Assembly (NCBI GenBank): GCA_951406725.2
Contig: OX597821.1
Span: forward strand, 114,948,001-115,012,000
Source: Octopus vulgaris
Taxonomy: Eukaryota
Direction: 5' to 3'
DNA: 64,000 bases
Shown piece by piece: positions 1-12,092 of this stretch. Made by a program: the position numbers and the translations under genes. The notes under the pieces were generated by a model, which did not search any database, had not been told where the DNA came from, and saw only the letters and a list, made by a program, of their open reading frames with translations. How positions within the stretch are numbered: the stretch's first letter is position 1; the number at the start of each line of letters is the position of its first letter.

Positions 1-169
1 TGCACCAGGCTCCAATCTGATTTGGTAAAGGTTCTACAGCTGGATGCCCTTCCTAATGCCAACCACTCCAAGAGTGTAGTGGGTACTTTTACATGCCACC
101 ATATTTTGTTATGAACTTCCTTTTATGCTTCCATCTTGTTTTCTGATAAATATTTTCATTCATTTGCAG

Positions 170-266
170 ATTTTTGCCAATTCCACGTCAAAATGGCCTC
201 GAGGTCTGTTGAATATGTTGGAACATTATAGGCTACCACATATTGGACACCACCATAGTGGAATTG
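170..266 (+). CDS. ERI3: ERI3-like 3'-5' exoribonuclease (DEDDh), penultimate coding exon
   Basis: Acceptor catttgcag|ATT at 169/170 and donor G|gtaagt at 266/267. Encodes IFANSTSKWPRGLLNMLEHYRLPHIGHHHSGI(D), resembling the ERI3 C-terminal region as I recall it (WPKNGLLDM...HIGRPHSGIDDCKNIANI). Upstream exons lie outside the window. Confidence 0.9.
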
Positions 267-454
267 GTAAGTCTCCAGATCCTTCGTATATTCAAGAACT
301 ACCATTATTGTGTCTTATTGAGTTTGGTTATAAATTTTATTTATTTCATTTTTTATGTCCTTTTATACATCCTAACATGGAGCAGATAGGTGGGTTTTTT
401 TTTATCTATTTAGATGTTTGCTTATTTTTAGAGAACATGTAGTATAACTGGATG

Positions 455-708
455 ATCATCATCATCCCCATTTAACGTCCGCTTTCCATGCTAGCATTGG
501 TTGGACGGTTTTGACTGAGGGCTGGCGAACCAGATGGCTGCACCAGGCTCCAATCTTGATCTGGCAGAGTTTCTACAGCTGGATGCCCTTCCTAATGCCA
601 ACCACTCCAAGAGTGTAGTTGGTGCTTTTTACGTGCCACCGGCATGGGGGCCAGTCAGGCGATACTGGCAATGACCTCGCTCAAATCTTTTTACACATGC
701 CACCAGCA
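455..708 (-). mobile_element. Abundant SINE (family A, (GAT)n tail), intronic copy
   Basis: ttaacgtccgctttccatgctagcat...ctggatgcccttcctaatgccaaccactcc with a (CAT)n end. Many similar copies, e.g. 1-100, 2357-2503, 12150-12450, 18810-18985, 27180-27490, 33727-33990, 36420-36705, 49820-50060, 54145-54470, 63400-63715. Confidence 0.8.
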
Positions 709-965
709 CTAAGCTTCACATATTTTAGTAGGTGTGGAGCCTGTCATCCATGAAGAAGACTAAAGCAAGCAGCTGTATCTTTACTTCTGTTTTTCCTTGC
801 TAGCATGGGTTAGATCAGTACATTATTGAAGTATTGTTTTACAGCTGGGTGCCTTTCTTGTTACTAACCCTTGTTCTTCAAGTGAGGGACTTCTTATTTC
901 ACATGGGCTGAAGGTACAGAGTCAGCAGACAGGAGACAGGACAGCATCTCTCTGCTCTTAGAGTG

Positions 966-1042
<77 letters not shown>

Positions 1043-1107
1043 ATATGTGTGTGTATATATATGTGTGTGTATATATGTGTGTGTGTGTGTATATATATGT
1101 GTGTGTA
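966..1107. repeat. Compound (TA)n/(TG)n microsatellite
   Basis: Directly visible; source of the spurious YIYI/HTHT ORFs. Confidence 0.95.
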
Positions 1108-1318
1108 AGGGCCCATAGCTTAGTATTTGGGATGTTACAGTCACGAATTTGAGATTGTGATTTCAATTCCTAGACCAGGCGGTGTGTGTTGTGTTCTTGA
1201 GGAAAACACTTCATCTGATGTTGCTCTGTGATCCACTTCAACACCTGACCCATGGTACACCGTGCACCTGTTCAGACAACATCGATTTGATGGCGAGAGT
1301 GAGCTAATGTACAGCAAG
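1108..1318 (+). mobile_element. Degenerate tRNA-headed SINE
   Basis: A-box-like tagcttagtatttgg, B-box-like gatttcaattcc, then ttgtgttcttgaggaaaacact. A related antisense copy lies near 60140-60240. Confidence 0.5.
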
Positions 1319-1960
1319 ACGAAGAGTGGAGCCCCGTAGGTGGTTTAGTGTTCGACTCGACACTCTTCCAGCAGCTCCTGCAGCCAAGCTGGTGCCAAAC
1401 ATAATGCTCTGCACTCCTCTGGACCACGTCAGCAAGGTCGAGAGAGGAATCCTGACAATTGGGCTACCCAGGATTTTCTTACATCTAGCCCAGGCCTGCG
1501 CAAAACTAGAGAGGACACTTCAGTGACATCTGCATCACCTGCTAGAGGGAGTGTTTGTCCAGGATAGGACTACACAGCCACAGCAGGGTATGTAAAGGAC
1601 ATGGAAGGTAAAATCCAGAGTGGATTATTTTATGCACAACTCCATTGTCTCCCGAGACAAAAGGATGCCAACGACAATATAAGATGGATGGACGAGTGGT
1701 GGGGGGGTGCTTGTGTGTAAATGACTGTCAGTCGTACAAGCAGTGTTGATCGTTTCCCACATTCTGCAAAGACATGCCTGGCCTTGCTGAAATATAATCT
1801 TGCTTGGAAACAGGTATGGGTTGGTGACAGGAAGAGTATCCAGTTGTAGAAAAACCTCCCTCAATGAACTCCATCTGACCCATGCAAGCATGGAAAAAAT
1901 AGATGCCAAAACAATGATGATGATGATTTTGCAAATAAAGAAAGGTGAAAATGGTGACCT

Positions 1961-2174
1961 TTAACCCTTTCGTGTTCAGATTCCTCTGTCAAAATGTAAT
2001 CTTTATTTATCTACATTGTTTTAAATTAATCTTGCATTATCTTGTAGCTCAATGACATGATTGCTTATCTTTAGAATGACTTTGTAGGGTAAGTTTGAGA
2101 GGCTGGATCTGGTTGGAACACAAAATAAGTGGAATATTTGGGCCAGAATGGTCAGTTTTATTGCTAAAGAATTA
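1961..2174. mobile_element. piggyBac-like MITE (TTAA-CCCTT terminus)
   Basis: Starts ttaacccttt and ends in degenerate ctaaagaatta. Same family in opposite orientation at 62507-62736. Confidence 0.6.
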
Positions 2175-2237
2175 TTCCCTTTAATATCGTTTATTAAATA
2201 ACTATTAAAAAAACATTTTTTTTTTCCCATTTCTTAG

Positions 2238-2332
2238 ATGACTGCTTGAATATTGCCAACATCTTCCGCAAGTTAATGAATAATGGTTACCAAATCCAAA
2301 GAACCGATATCTCACATTACCAAAGAACGTGA
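2238..2332 (+). CDS. ERI3: ERI3-like exoribonuclease, last coding exon
   Basis: Polypyrimidine tract + ttag|AT. The phase-1 join with the previous exon completes G|AT=Asp, giving HSGI-D-DCLNIANIFRKLMNNGYQIQRTDISHYQRT* (ExoIII H..GxDD motif). TGA at 2330-2332. Confidence 0.9.
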
Positions 2333-2355
2333 CCATCACAACATTGACTGAAACG

Positions 2356-2387
<32 letters not shown>

Positions 2388-3531
2388 GTTTAGCGTCCGT
2401 TTTCCATGCTAGCATGGGTTGGACGGTTCTACTGGGGTCTGTGAAGCCAGAAGGCTTCATCAGGCCCAGTCAAATCTGGCAGTGTTTCTACGGCTGGATG
2501 CCCATCAGTTGATAAATTCTTTAAAATGTCTTTCATAAGAGGTTTTTCTAAATATTTAATAGAAAAACCATCGGTTGTATAGTTTTTGATAAACTACTTA
2601 TGTTTTTTTTAGAAAATATTGCGAGTGTTCTTCTCAGTTTCATCCATTTATGAAGGTTGATATGATGGAATGGCGGGGTCAATATCTTGCCGTATGTAGT
2701 TATGTCCCTTCAGGCTGTGAGTTCAAATTCTGCTGAAGTTAGCTTTTTACTTGTTCTCTTTGAATGGTTGGTATAATGAATACCAGTAAAAAACTGAGTT
2801 TGATCGAATGTGCATTCCCCCACCCCCACCCCTGCCTTGCACAAATTTCTGGCCATGTGCCAATATTGGAAATCAATTATGGCACTAGTATGGCCGTGTA
2901 GTTAAGAAGTTCAGTGCATACTGCGCAGGACACAGCCCCAATGTGCAGTGCCTATGGCAAGTGTCTTTTTTCTCCTACAGCCCTGGGCCAACCAGTGTGA
3001 ATTTGTGATTTTCATACTTGGAAACTGTGCAGAAGCCCGTTGTGTGTGTGTGCATGTCTTTGTGTTTGACTCCTTCCCCGTGCCACATCACTTGACAACA
3101 TCAACCAGTGTTGGTTGGTTTGTTTACATCCCCGTAATAGTGGTTCAGCAAAGGAGATTAATACAAAACAAGTACTAGACTCTCTACTAATCTCGATTCC
3201 AGGCTGAATGCTTCCCTGAGCCTTCCTCCTCTGGGACTTCGTGATTTTGACTTGTCGTCCATGCTTCTATAGTTTTATATTTTCCTGGGTTTGGGTGTTG
3301 GTCCTAACCAAATCCATTTTTACCTCTTAGAAGAGTTGATCCCTATAAGGTCTGGCCCCTCTCTTTGATGGCTGCCCTGAGGCCCTCTTGCATTCCTGTC
3401 TTAGCTCCCAGGCTATTAAAGGATACAAGCTATCCTGGCATAACTGATATTAAGCTTATTAAACAAGAAATTTGCAAGTTTTCTACATTATTTACATTTG
3501 ACAGATATTTGTCCTCATCTTGTTTGTTGTT

Positions 3532-3577
3532 AATACAACGTTTCGGCTGATATATCCTCCAGCCTTCATCAGGTGTC
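3532..3577 (-). ncRNA. Minimal type I hammerhead ribozyme motif (PLE-type), core intact
   Basis: Minus strand reads gacac-CTGATGA-A-GGCTG-gaggatatat-CAGCC-GAAA-CG-TT-gtatt: conserved core, 5-bp stem II, palindromic AACGTT stem III. Confidence 0.75.
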
Positions 3578-3639
3578 TTGGGGAAATTTCAAACCTGAGT
3601 TCTCATTGCTAAGGTATTTTCAATGTTATTGTTGCCGTT

Positions 3640-6531
3640 GTTGTTTTTTTTTTCTTCTTTCTTCAAATTTTCTTCCATTTCTTGCCGAGTGTTTTCCGTA
3701 CACCTAGGGCAGAGAAGCTCATTGTATGCAATCCCAGATTACACATGCAAATTCACAGGTAAAATATGTATTTAAAAAATTAATAAATAAATAAATTCAT
3801 GAATGGATGTTGTTTTCACAGTGATAATGCTCTTCACAGTACATGAGCCGTTCCAGTTAACACAACTTTTTGCACTTCCTGTAGGGATGGTAAGCCTGGT
3901 ATCATTTTCAAATAGGTTTCAGTACCTTTTTTTTATTATTCCTAGAGCTCCTGCAATCACTGGTACTGTAGTTGCCTTGAGATGCCACATTTTTTTCAAT
4001 TTCTATTAGCAAGTCTTTATATTTACTAATCTTGTCAAATTCTTTCGCTGCTATATTGTGATCGCAAGGAATACTCATGTCAATTAATAAACACATCCTT
4101 TTTGTCTGATCTTTTATGATAATACCCGGTTTATTAGCTTTTATAGTTTTGTTGGTATGTACGGGGAAGTCCCAGAGAATCGACACATTTTCTCCCTCAG
4201 TCACAGCTTCAGGATGGTGTTTATACCATTTGTCAGCGATTTTGATTTTATAATGCCGACATATTGTCCAGTGTAAATACTGGCCAACTCTGTCATGTCT
4301 TGCTTTATATTCTACAGGTGCTAAGACTCTACACCCTGAGATTAGGTGGTCTACAGTTTCAATCTCATTGTTACAGAATTGGCATTTTGGGTCAGCTCCA
4401 TTTTTTATCACATTGGCTTGGTAGTTACGGATTAATAAACTTTGGTCTTGAGCAGCTAATATGAAGAGCTTCGTAACCATTGATGTGTGTGTTTCTGGTC
4501 AGCATCAGCTTGTTTACTACAGGCCACATACTTGCCATGCAGAGGTTTCTGTTCCCATCTGCTAGCTAATTTTTCATGTGCTTTTGTCTTTGCAATTAAT
4601 TTTATTTTCTTTGCAGCAGCAGTTGGCACATTTCCTTCAGCCTGATCAATCTGGTAGGTATCTAAGAGATCGGTAGCAAATTTTTTGCTCTCTTTCAAGA
4701 TAGAGTGAAATTTTTTCAGTCTTTCATGTTTTTCAACAAGTTTTAGCATCCAATCGTTGGTTATTTCAAAGTATTTGGCCAGTCCAATTGTGGTGGTTTT
4801 GTATGTAATTTCAAGCTGGATGAAGCTTTGACTTCCCTGAGCTCTGGGAGGGTAAAGACGATTCACGTCTGCCTTTGGATGGTGCATCTTATTACAAGTC
4901 TGTAGCTTGCGGATTTTTCTGTCAATTTTCATTATTTCACTGGTATTCCAGTTAAGCACATTGAATCTATAAAGAACAACTGGGACTGCTAAGGAATTTA
5001 TGGCTAATACCTTATTATATGCATTCAGCTCAGACTTCAGGACTGCTCGAACTCCTCTATAACATTCCTTCCTAACCTTCTCCTTCATGCTTGCATGCTG
5101 GATACCTGAGCCTTCATTCATTCCTAGGTTTGTTCCTGCTCAAGTTCCTTTATTACTGTTTCAACATCTAATTCGATTGAACTTGACTTTACCAATTTCC
5201 CTTTCTTAAAAGTGGCTTTGGCACACTTTTCAAGGCCAAACTCCATCCCGATATCATCACTGAATCCTTTCACAGTATGTAATAATCCTTCAAGCTCTTC
5301 ATCACCTTTGCCATATAGTTTTAAGTCATCCATATAAAATAGATGGCTTATTTTCCTGTTGCCAATTTTGTAGCCATACCCTGTTCTATTCAGTTCACTT
5401 GAGAGGGGGTATTAGTGCTATGCAGAAAATTAGTGGTGAAAGTGAGTCACCTTGGAAAATGCCACAGTTTATGCTAATATTGTTTGAGCGCAATACTCCA
5501 TTAGAATCATATAATTGCAGCTTCGTGTTCTATAGTGACATATTATACTTTAAAAACTCTGATATCACAGGAGAAATTTTGAAAATGTCCTGTGATTTCA
5601 GAATCCACGAATGTGGTATGCTGTCAAAGGCTTTTTTATAATCAATCCATGAAGAACTGCGATTTCTGCACTTGTTAAGGCAGTTCTCAAGGATCATACA
5701 ATTAAATAGGAGCTGATATTTGCATCCGTATGAGCCTTGTCTGCATATTTTTTGTTCAGTGGGAAAGAGGTTATTCCCTTCCATAAACGTATATGTCTTT
5801 TCCACTAGAATAGATGTCAAAATCTTATAGGTAGTAGACAAACATGTTATAGGCCAGTAGTTTTTTGGGTCTTTGGTTTTGTTATTTTGGGGGAGGAGGA
5901 AGTAATACCATTTGCCATCCAGTGGGAAGATTTTTCCAAGTCTTTCATAATACTGTTAAATAGTATTACTAACATTTTGTGTGTGGATGAGAGTGATGAG
6001 AGCCAGAAATTTGGTATTCTATCAATACCAGGGGATTTCCACTTATGAGCCTTTGTTAGTGCCCTCCTTAGGTCAGCGATTGAGATGTCTTCTCATACCT
6101 GTTCTTGTAGATTTTTGTAGTCATCTTGGGTGTGTTTGACCCAGTCTGCGTTTTCATTGTATGGTTTCTCATCACTCCGGATCCCTTTCCAAAAGTTTTC
6201 AACTTCTTCCATTAGGGGTGGATTTTCAATGGTTATTTTTTCTTTCCCTATTTCCCTGTAAAATGATTTGGCATTGGATTTGAACATCTTATTTTGCTTG
6301 TAGTATTTGATTCTTTTCTCAAATCTGCGTATTCTCTGATCTTTTGCTTGAACTTTTTGTTTAAGTGTTTCTTTCACTGACATTAGTTCTTCTCTTGTTG
6401 AGAGTCCATGTCTCAGTTTCAGTTTGCTTTTCATTTTGAATTTGGTATTGTTGGCTTTTTGGGTGTTAAACAGCATCTTTCGATTACCTTAGAAACAGAG
6501 TAAATAATTTCATTTAACTTAAGATTGGGTT
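3640..6531 (-). mobile_element. Dong/R4-clade non-LTR retrotransposon, 5'-truncated and decayed
   Basis: RT motifs WIDYKKAFDSIPH, CGIFQGDSLSPL and HLFYMDDLK; zinc knuckle CQFCNNEIETVDHLISGC; RHD motif; RLE-type KP.III..D..CLLIDMSIP. Broken by stops/frameshifts. 5' end abuts (TAA)n at 6532-6548. Confidence 0.92.
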
Positions 6532-6551
6532 TTATTATTATTATTATTGAA

Positions 6552-6850
6552 GTCACTGCCTGGAATCGATACTCAGAATCTTGGGGTTAGTAACCTGTAC
6601 TCTTAACCACTACGCCATATGCCCATGGGCATATGGTTAAGAGCACAGGCTACTAACCCCAAAATTGCGAGTTCAATTCCAGGCAGTGACCTGAATAATA
6701 ATAATAGTAACATCGAAAATATCCTAGGAATGAGAACCCAGGTTTGAAATTTCCCCAAGACACCTGATGAAGGCTGGAGGATATATCAGCTGAAATGTTG
6801 TGTTAACAACAAACAAGATGAGGACAAATATGTCGAATGTAAATAATGTA
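6552..6850. mobile_element. Head-to-head PLE terminal-repeat module (tRNA-like cassette, (AAT)n, hammerhead)
   Basis: Inverted tRNA-like cassettes meet at ccatatgcccatgggcatatgg (axis 6625/6626). The right arm tail 6706-6850 is the reverse complement of 3484-3630. Confidence 0.75.
6759..6804 (+). ncRNA. Minimal hammerhead ribozyme motif (PLE-type)
   Basis: gacac-CTGATGA-A-GGCTG-gaggatatat-CAGCT-GAAA-TG-TT-gtgtt. Stem I gacac/gtgtt; two CpG-type changes relative to the 3532 copy. Confidence 0.7.
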
Positions 6851-9229
6851 CATAATTCCTCAACTTTTAAATATGGAATTGTAAGAAGTTTTCTGTTTCA
6901 TGTAGTCTTAATAACAGTTTATACAGTCATGCCTGACCAGGTAAAAACTATTAGCAACATCAATAATCATATTGAAGCCAATTTACTCCAGACTCTTCCT
7001 TGCAGTTGTCTCTCTCTTCTCTCTGCCTATTTTTTTACCACTAACAATTTCTGCTCTTTCTGAGCTGGTGTCATGTTACCTCCACCCAGGCATTCCAGAC
7101 TTCTCACTCCTCTTTTTATTTCATATCATGTCCAGCCACTCCCCTTGCACAAACTACTACACTTGATCCTTCTTCCCCACAACATTATCCCACTGGAATT
7201 TTTTTTCTCTCTGAGCATTGAATTGTATGTACTGTCTGAGAGAAATGGTAATCTCACCAATTCTTGTAGTGCCTACAGAAGTCTTGGTCATAATTCCTTC
7301 ATCAGACCAAATTTCAAAAGAAACTGACTGATTAGGAATATTAAAAACACCAAGTTTGATGCAAATTACTGGATTTTTACATGTCTACCACTGCTTTTTA
7401 AAGAATTGTCTTCATTTCTTTAAAAAATGGCAATGTGCTGCTTTTTATTTATTTTTATTTTTCAAAAAAATTCATATATTTTTATCATGTAATTTATTGA
7501 ATGAAATTAAATTTTTGGAAATTACTGAAAAAGGTTGTGTATTTTTGTGTTAAAATCATTTATATGTGAGGGGAAAAGATGGTGTGCAAACGGACATTAT
7601 TTTCTGTTGGTTTTTAACTGATTGACCTTTTAGTTGTTCTTTTGGCAGAGTTTCATGAATATCCATGATGTAATGACAGCTTATTTCATTGATACTGGAG
7701 AAAGATATGTTTATGGTGGAAGTGATCAGTGCCTGAATAGCAAAGACTCTTCTTCTTTGTCGTGTGAGTTACTTGGTGACACAAAACAAGCACCCAGTCC
7801 ATACTGCAGAGTGGTTGGTGTCAGCTGTAGATACGATGCCAAAACAAACATTCCAGTTCAACGTAATTCTCTGGCTTGTTGGATCCTGTTATATCCGAAT
7901 GGTTTGAACAAATACACTGCGACAGTGTAATAACAATATAATCAAACCAAATGGCAGTAACCACATGGAACGTAACAACAATCTTTTAAGAACCAACAAG
8001 CCAAGAAGCTAATGAGAACTGTAAACTTTGAACTATCAACACACAAACTCTGGAATTAGCACAATGATTTTATTGAAACCACAAGGGTTAAACAAAGAGG
8101 GGACAATACAAAGGACAAATGGGGTCAGGGACTTATTGAATGGTATTACATGAATTAATATATTATAATTTCAGATGAGAAATGAGAAACAAAAAATGCA
8201 TGGATGTGGAATGGGTTTGACCCCACCAACCACATTCCTGCATTGGACTGTTTACTTTGCCCTTTTTTACTCCGCTTAATTTGGCCCTTACATACCCAAC
8301 ATCTGGGATACTTTTTTCCATCTTCTTTTGTACTACGAACTACCTCACTTACTAAGACTGCTACTTTTTATATGTAGTGGTCCAGTCCATTTTTACTATG
8401 GGGCATTGTACTCTCACACAACAGATCCTGTTAAACTTTCCAACCCATGCCATCATGGAAAATGGATGTTAAGTGTTGATGATGATCATATAAGCTATAC
8501 TGGGGAGTTTTTTCTGAAAGTATTCATGTCAGTCTTCTATGTGTTTCAGTGAAGATGGTGAGGTCAAATTATAGAATCTTGACCTGTGGTTCAAATTAAG
8601 TCTTCACATCATCAGAGTTTATCCCAAAAATAAATTTTATAAAACAATTATGTATAAAGGGTACGTGGAGTTCTAAATAGCAGTTATATGTTGTGCTCCC
8701 AAACTCACACTAAACAAATCTGTATGTATATGTATGTTTTCTTTTATTCTTTTACTTGTTTCAGTCAATGAAATCGACCCCAGGACTTATATTTTGTAAG
8801 CCTGGTACTTATCCTAATGGTCTCTGCCAAACCGCTAAGTTACAGGGACGTAAACACACCAACATTGGTTGTCAAGTGATGATGGGGGGACAAACACACA
8901 CATACACAAACACACACACATATATGATGGATGTGTTTCTGTCTACTAAATTCACTCACAAGACTTTGGTTGGCCCGTGGCTATAGTAGAAAACACTTGC
9001 CCAAGGTGCCATGCAGCGGTAACCCCACACTATGTGGTGGGGAAGTAAGAATAATTATTACTTTATTGACCCCAAAAGGATGAAAGGCAAAGTCCACTTT
9101 GGTGGGGTTTGAACTCAGAACATAATGGACCACAAGAAATGCCATTATGTATTTTGTCTGATGCATGAATGAATCTATCAGCTCACTGCCTGAATAGAAA
9201 TAATAATAAAAAAAAAAATATTATAATAA

Positions 9230-9837
9230 AAGGAAAAGATTCAGAAGTATCAATCCTCTTTTAAGTGAGTGCAGTATTCTAGCACAAAAAGAGTATAAGC
9301 ACAAGCATGACTGTGTAGGCAAAAGAGTGCATTGGGATGTTAGTTGAGTGTGTAGTTTGAAAACAGCAGAGAAGTGGTATGAACACAAACCAGAGACCAT
9401 TGTAGAAAATGAGAAATACAGGATCTTGTGGGATTTACCCATATAAACTGACCATGCTATTGTAGCAAGAAGACGAGATGTGATTATTGAGGACAAAATA
9501 AACAAACAGTGTAAGGTCATAGATTTTGCAATTTCCTATGATGGCAGGGATGGCACTAAAGAAATTGAAAAGTTGAGAAATAAATACCAAGATCTAGTCA
9601 GAGAGCTAAAGAAACTGTGGAAGACAAAGAGAACAATTATTCTTGTAGTAATTGGTGCAACATCGAACATGCTAAAAGACTTTTAAAAGACATTGGAATT
9701 GTGACTCACTTTGTCAACCTGCAGAAAAGTACCGTCTTATATTCTGCAAGAATCCTAAGGAGATTTGAGGAGACTTGTTGTCGCCAAACATCAATTAAAT
9801 TATTATGTTTTGACTTAATAATGATAATAATAATAAT
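9230..9837 (+). mobile_element. Dong/R4 LINE 3' fragment (RLE endonuclease region)
   Basis: SECSILAQKEYKHKHD...KWYEHKPETIVENEKYRILWD...RRDVIIEDK..CKVIDFAI..KEIEKL..KYQDL; TAA-rich tracts on both sides. Confidence 0.85.
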
Positions 9838-10136
9838 CTGACCATCCACTGTTTGTATTACTCCATCACCTTTAGTAATATGGATTTGTAACTCGTAGCC
9901 ATTTGGAGGGAAGAGGATAGATTAAATTCGTTAATTAGTGCTCAATTAATGATTTCTAATTATTTCTAACATAGATACAAGGACAAAGATTGAAGAAGGT
10001 GAGAAGGATGAAAAGTAAAGTCAATCTTGATAGGATTTGAACCCAGAATGTAGAGAGCTCTAGCTCAATACCACAGGACATTCATTACTCCAAGGATTAT
10101 ACTAATCTACTGCAATTAGGACTTTATTGATAATAA

Positions 10137-10619
10137 GGTGGTGATTATTTTTTTATATTTCATCTTGGGACAGTCATTACACCAATAACACACACACTGG
10201 TTGTATTTCACGTCTTTCTTATTCTTCAGTTAGTTAACTATTTAGCCAATTAACTAATTGATTGTTTGAATAACCATTCAGTTAATCAATCAATTGTTGA
10301 GAGAACATGTCATTGATGAGGTAGTGAATGGTAACAAAAGACATAATCAACTAACTCCCCCTCACAAAATTGCTGGCCTTGTCCCCAAATTAGAAACAGT
10401 TATTATTTATATTGGTGAATCTAGGCCTTGTACCTATAGTAGAAAGGATTATTTATATTGGTGAATTGAGCTGACCAATTGACTGGTTGAACAATTAATC
10501 AGAAAATTAGTTAAATGGTTAACTAGTTGACTGATACTAATAAAAGAAGTAAAACATAACCAGTGTATGTGTTTATTATTGGCATGATGACCCTCCCAAT
10601 GTACAAAAAATCAACACCA
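10137..10619. repeat. Old fold-back element with degenerate ~160 bp inverted arms
   Basis: 10137-10297 (acactggttgtatttcac...cagttagttaactatttagccaatt) is a decayed reverse complement of 10464-10619 (aattagttaaatggttaactagttgactg...cataaccagtgt). Confidence 0.55.
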
Positions 10620-11417
10620 ACACTCTGTATAACCTACTGGCTGTAATGGAACCTATTTCTTGTAACACATGGTCTTTTCTATCCTCTTTCAAAGCTCTAC
10701 TGGCAACATTTAATCTCTATAGAATCAGTAAAAGTCCAATAAATTTCCACTATTTATTCTTCAGTTTTCCAATATCAATTTCTATAGACATAAATTTTAT
10801 ATGATTCCTATTATCATCTTGCCATCATTGTTGCTATTGTTGTTCATCATTTTTATTATTTGTGTTGCTAATTTTTTTTTTTCTTGTTTAAATGATTTAT
10901 TAATCTTTCCATGTGAAATATATAAAAAAGAAAAACAAAAAGCCTGCCTCTCATCTTCATAATGTTGAGGAAGAGGAAAAGGAAGAGGATGTGTTTAATA
11001 TTTCAGCATTTTTTTCTTTTTTCTTTTAACGTTCTTGGTGTGAGTCGGACACATTATGTATTTGGCTTGCCAACCAACCTAATAGATTTATCATATTTCT
11101 CGCCCATCACATGCACATAAGTATTCTTTTTAGATGCAGCACTCACACACACACATACACACACATACTATATACACATACACACACACATATGCCATAA
11201 CTATTATATACATGCATGTACTTCTCTCCATTTTCTTTCTCCGTTCTTTTCTCTCTCCTTGTCTATTTTTTTCTTCCAGAAGAAGAGTGTAAACTCAAAG
11301 CATAAAAGAGTTTTCCTTCATTTTTCCTATTTCCTGAATGTAAACCTTATACACTCTGTATTTTTTGGCTTTGTCTACATGTTTCATTTGCATTGTATAT
11401 ATGGTATATATATATAT

Positions 11418-11649
11418 ATTTCTTTACTACCCACAAGGGGCTAAACATAGAGGGGACAAACAAGGACAGACAAAGGGATTAAGTCGATTACATCGACCCC
11501 TGTGGGTAACTGGTACTTAATTTATCGACCCCGAAAGGATGAAAGGCAAAGTCGACCTCGGCGGAATTTGAACTCACAACGTATCGACACACGAAATACC
11601 ACTAAGCATTTCGCCCGGCGCGCTAACGTTTCTGCCAGCTCGTCGCCTT
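11418..11649 (-). mobile_element. tRNA-derived SINE (family C) with Meta-domain-like core
   Basis: Sense: aaggcgacgagctggcagaaacgttagc...gagttcaaattccgccgaggtcgactttgcctttcatcctttcggggtcgataaattaagtaccag. The core resembles the MetaSINE conserved domain as I recall it. Confidence 0.8.
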
Positions 11650-11741
11650 GCGTATATATGTATATATATATGTGTGTGTGTATATGTTTGTGTGTTCATG
11701 CAACATACAATATATATAAGCACAAATAGGACAAATAGAAA

Positions 11742-11776
<35 letters not shown>

Positions 11777-12057
11777 CACGAAACACACATAGTACATATA
11801 AGCACAAACATACAGGACAAATAGAAAATATATATAATGTCGCCAATTTGTCTTCAGCTATTGTCCAAAGGATTTAAGCAATTTCATGCCTTTAATGATA
11901 ATATTGCTCCCACTTCTGGTGGCATCAGTGACGAGAAACCACCGGAAAATAGCAAGCAAATGAACAAGGGACCAAACACAACAAAAAGTGGGCTTACAAA
12001 TGAACATACAAACATGAAATGCATTTGCTTTATAGATATATAAAAGATCCCCACCCC

Positions 12058-12092
<35 letters not shown>

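Noticed and set aside
894-1166. ORFs rich in YIYI/HTHT/CVCV here and at 11574, 23063-23669, 29685, 34770, 47462 and elsewhere
   Set aside because: Translations of (TA)n, (CA)n and (TACA)n microsatellites, open only because the repeats lack stops.
1325-1625. GC-richer block in the ERI3 intron with a 66-aa ORF
   Set aside because: Looks like a repeat fragment, but I cannot recognise the family or any protein motif.
7649-7763. Possible cassette exon (ttttggcag acceptor, gtgagt donor, one open frame)
   Set aside because: It lies downstream of the ERI3 stop, the peptide is unrecognisable, and the donor falls in SINE-like sequence.
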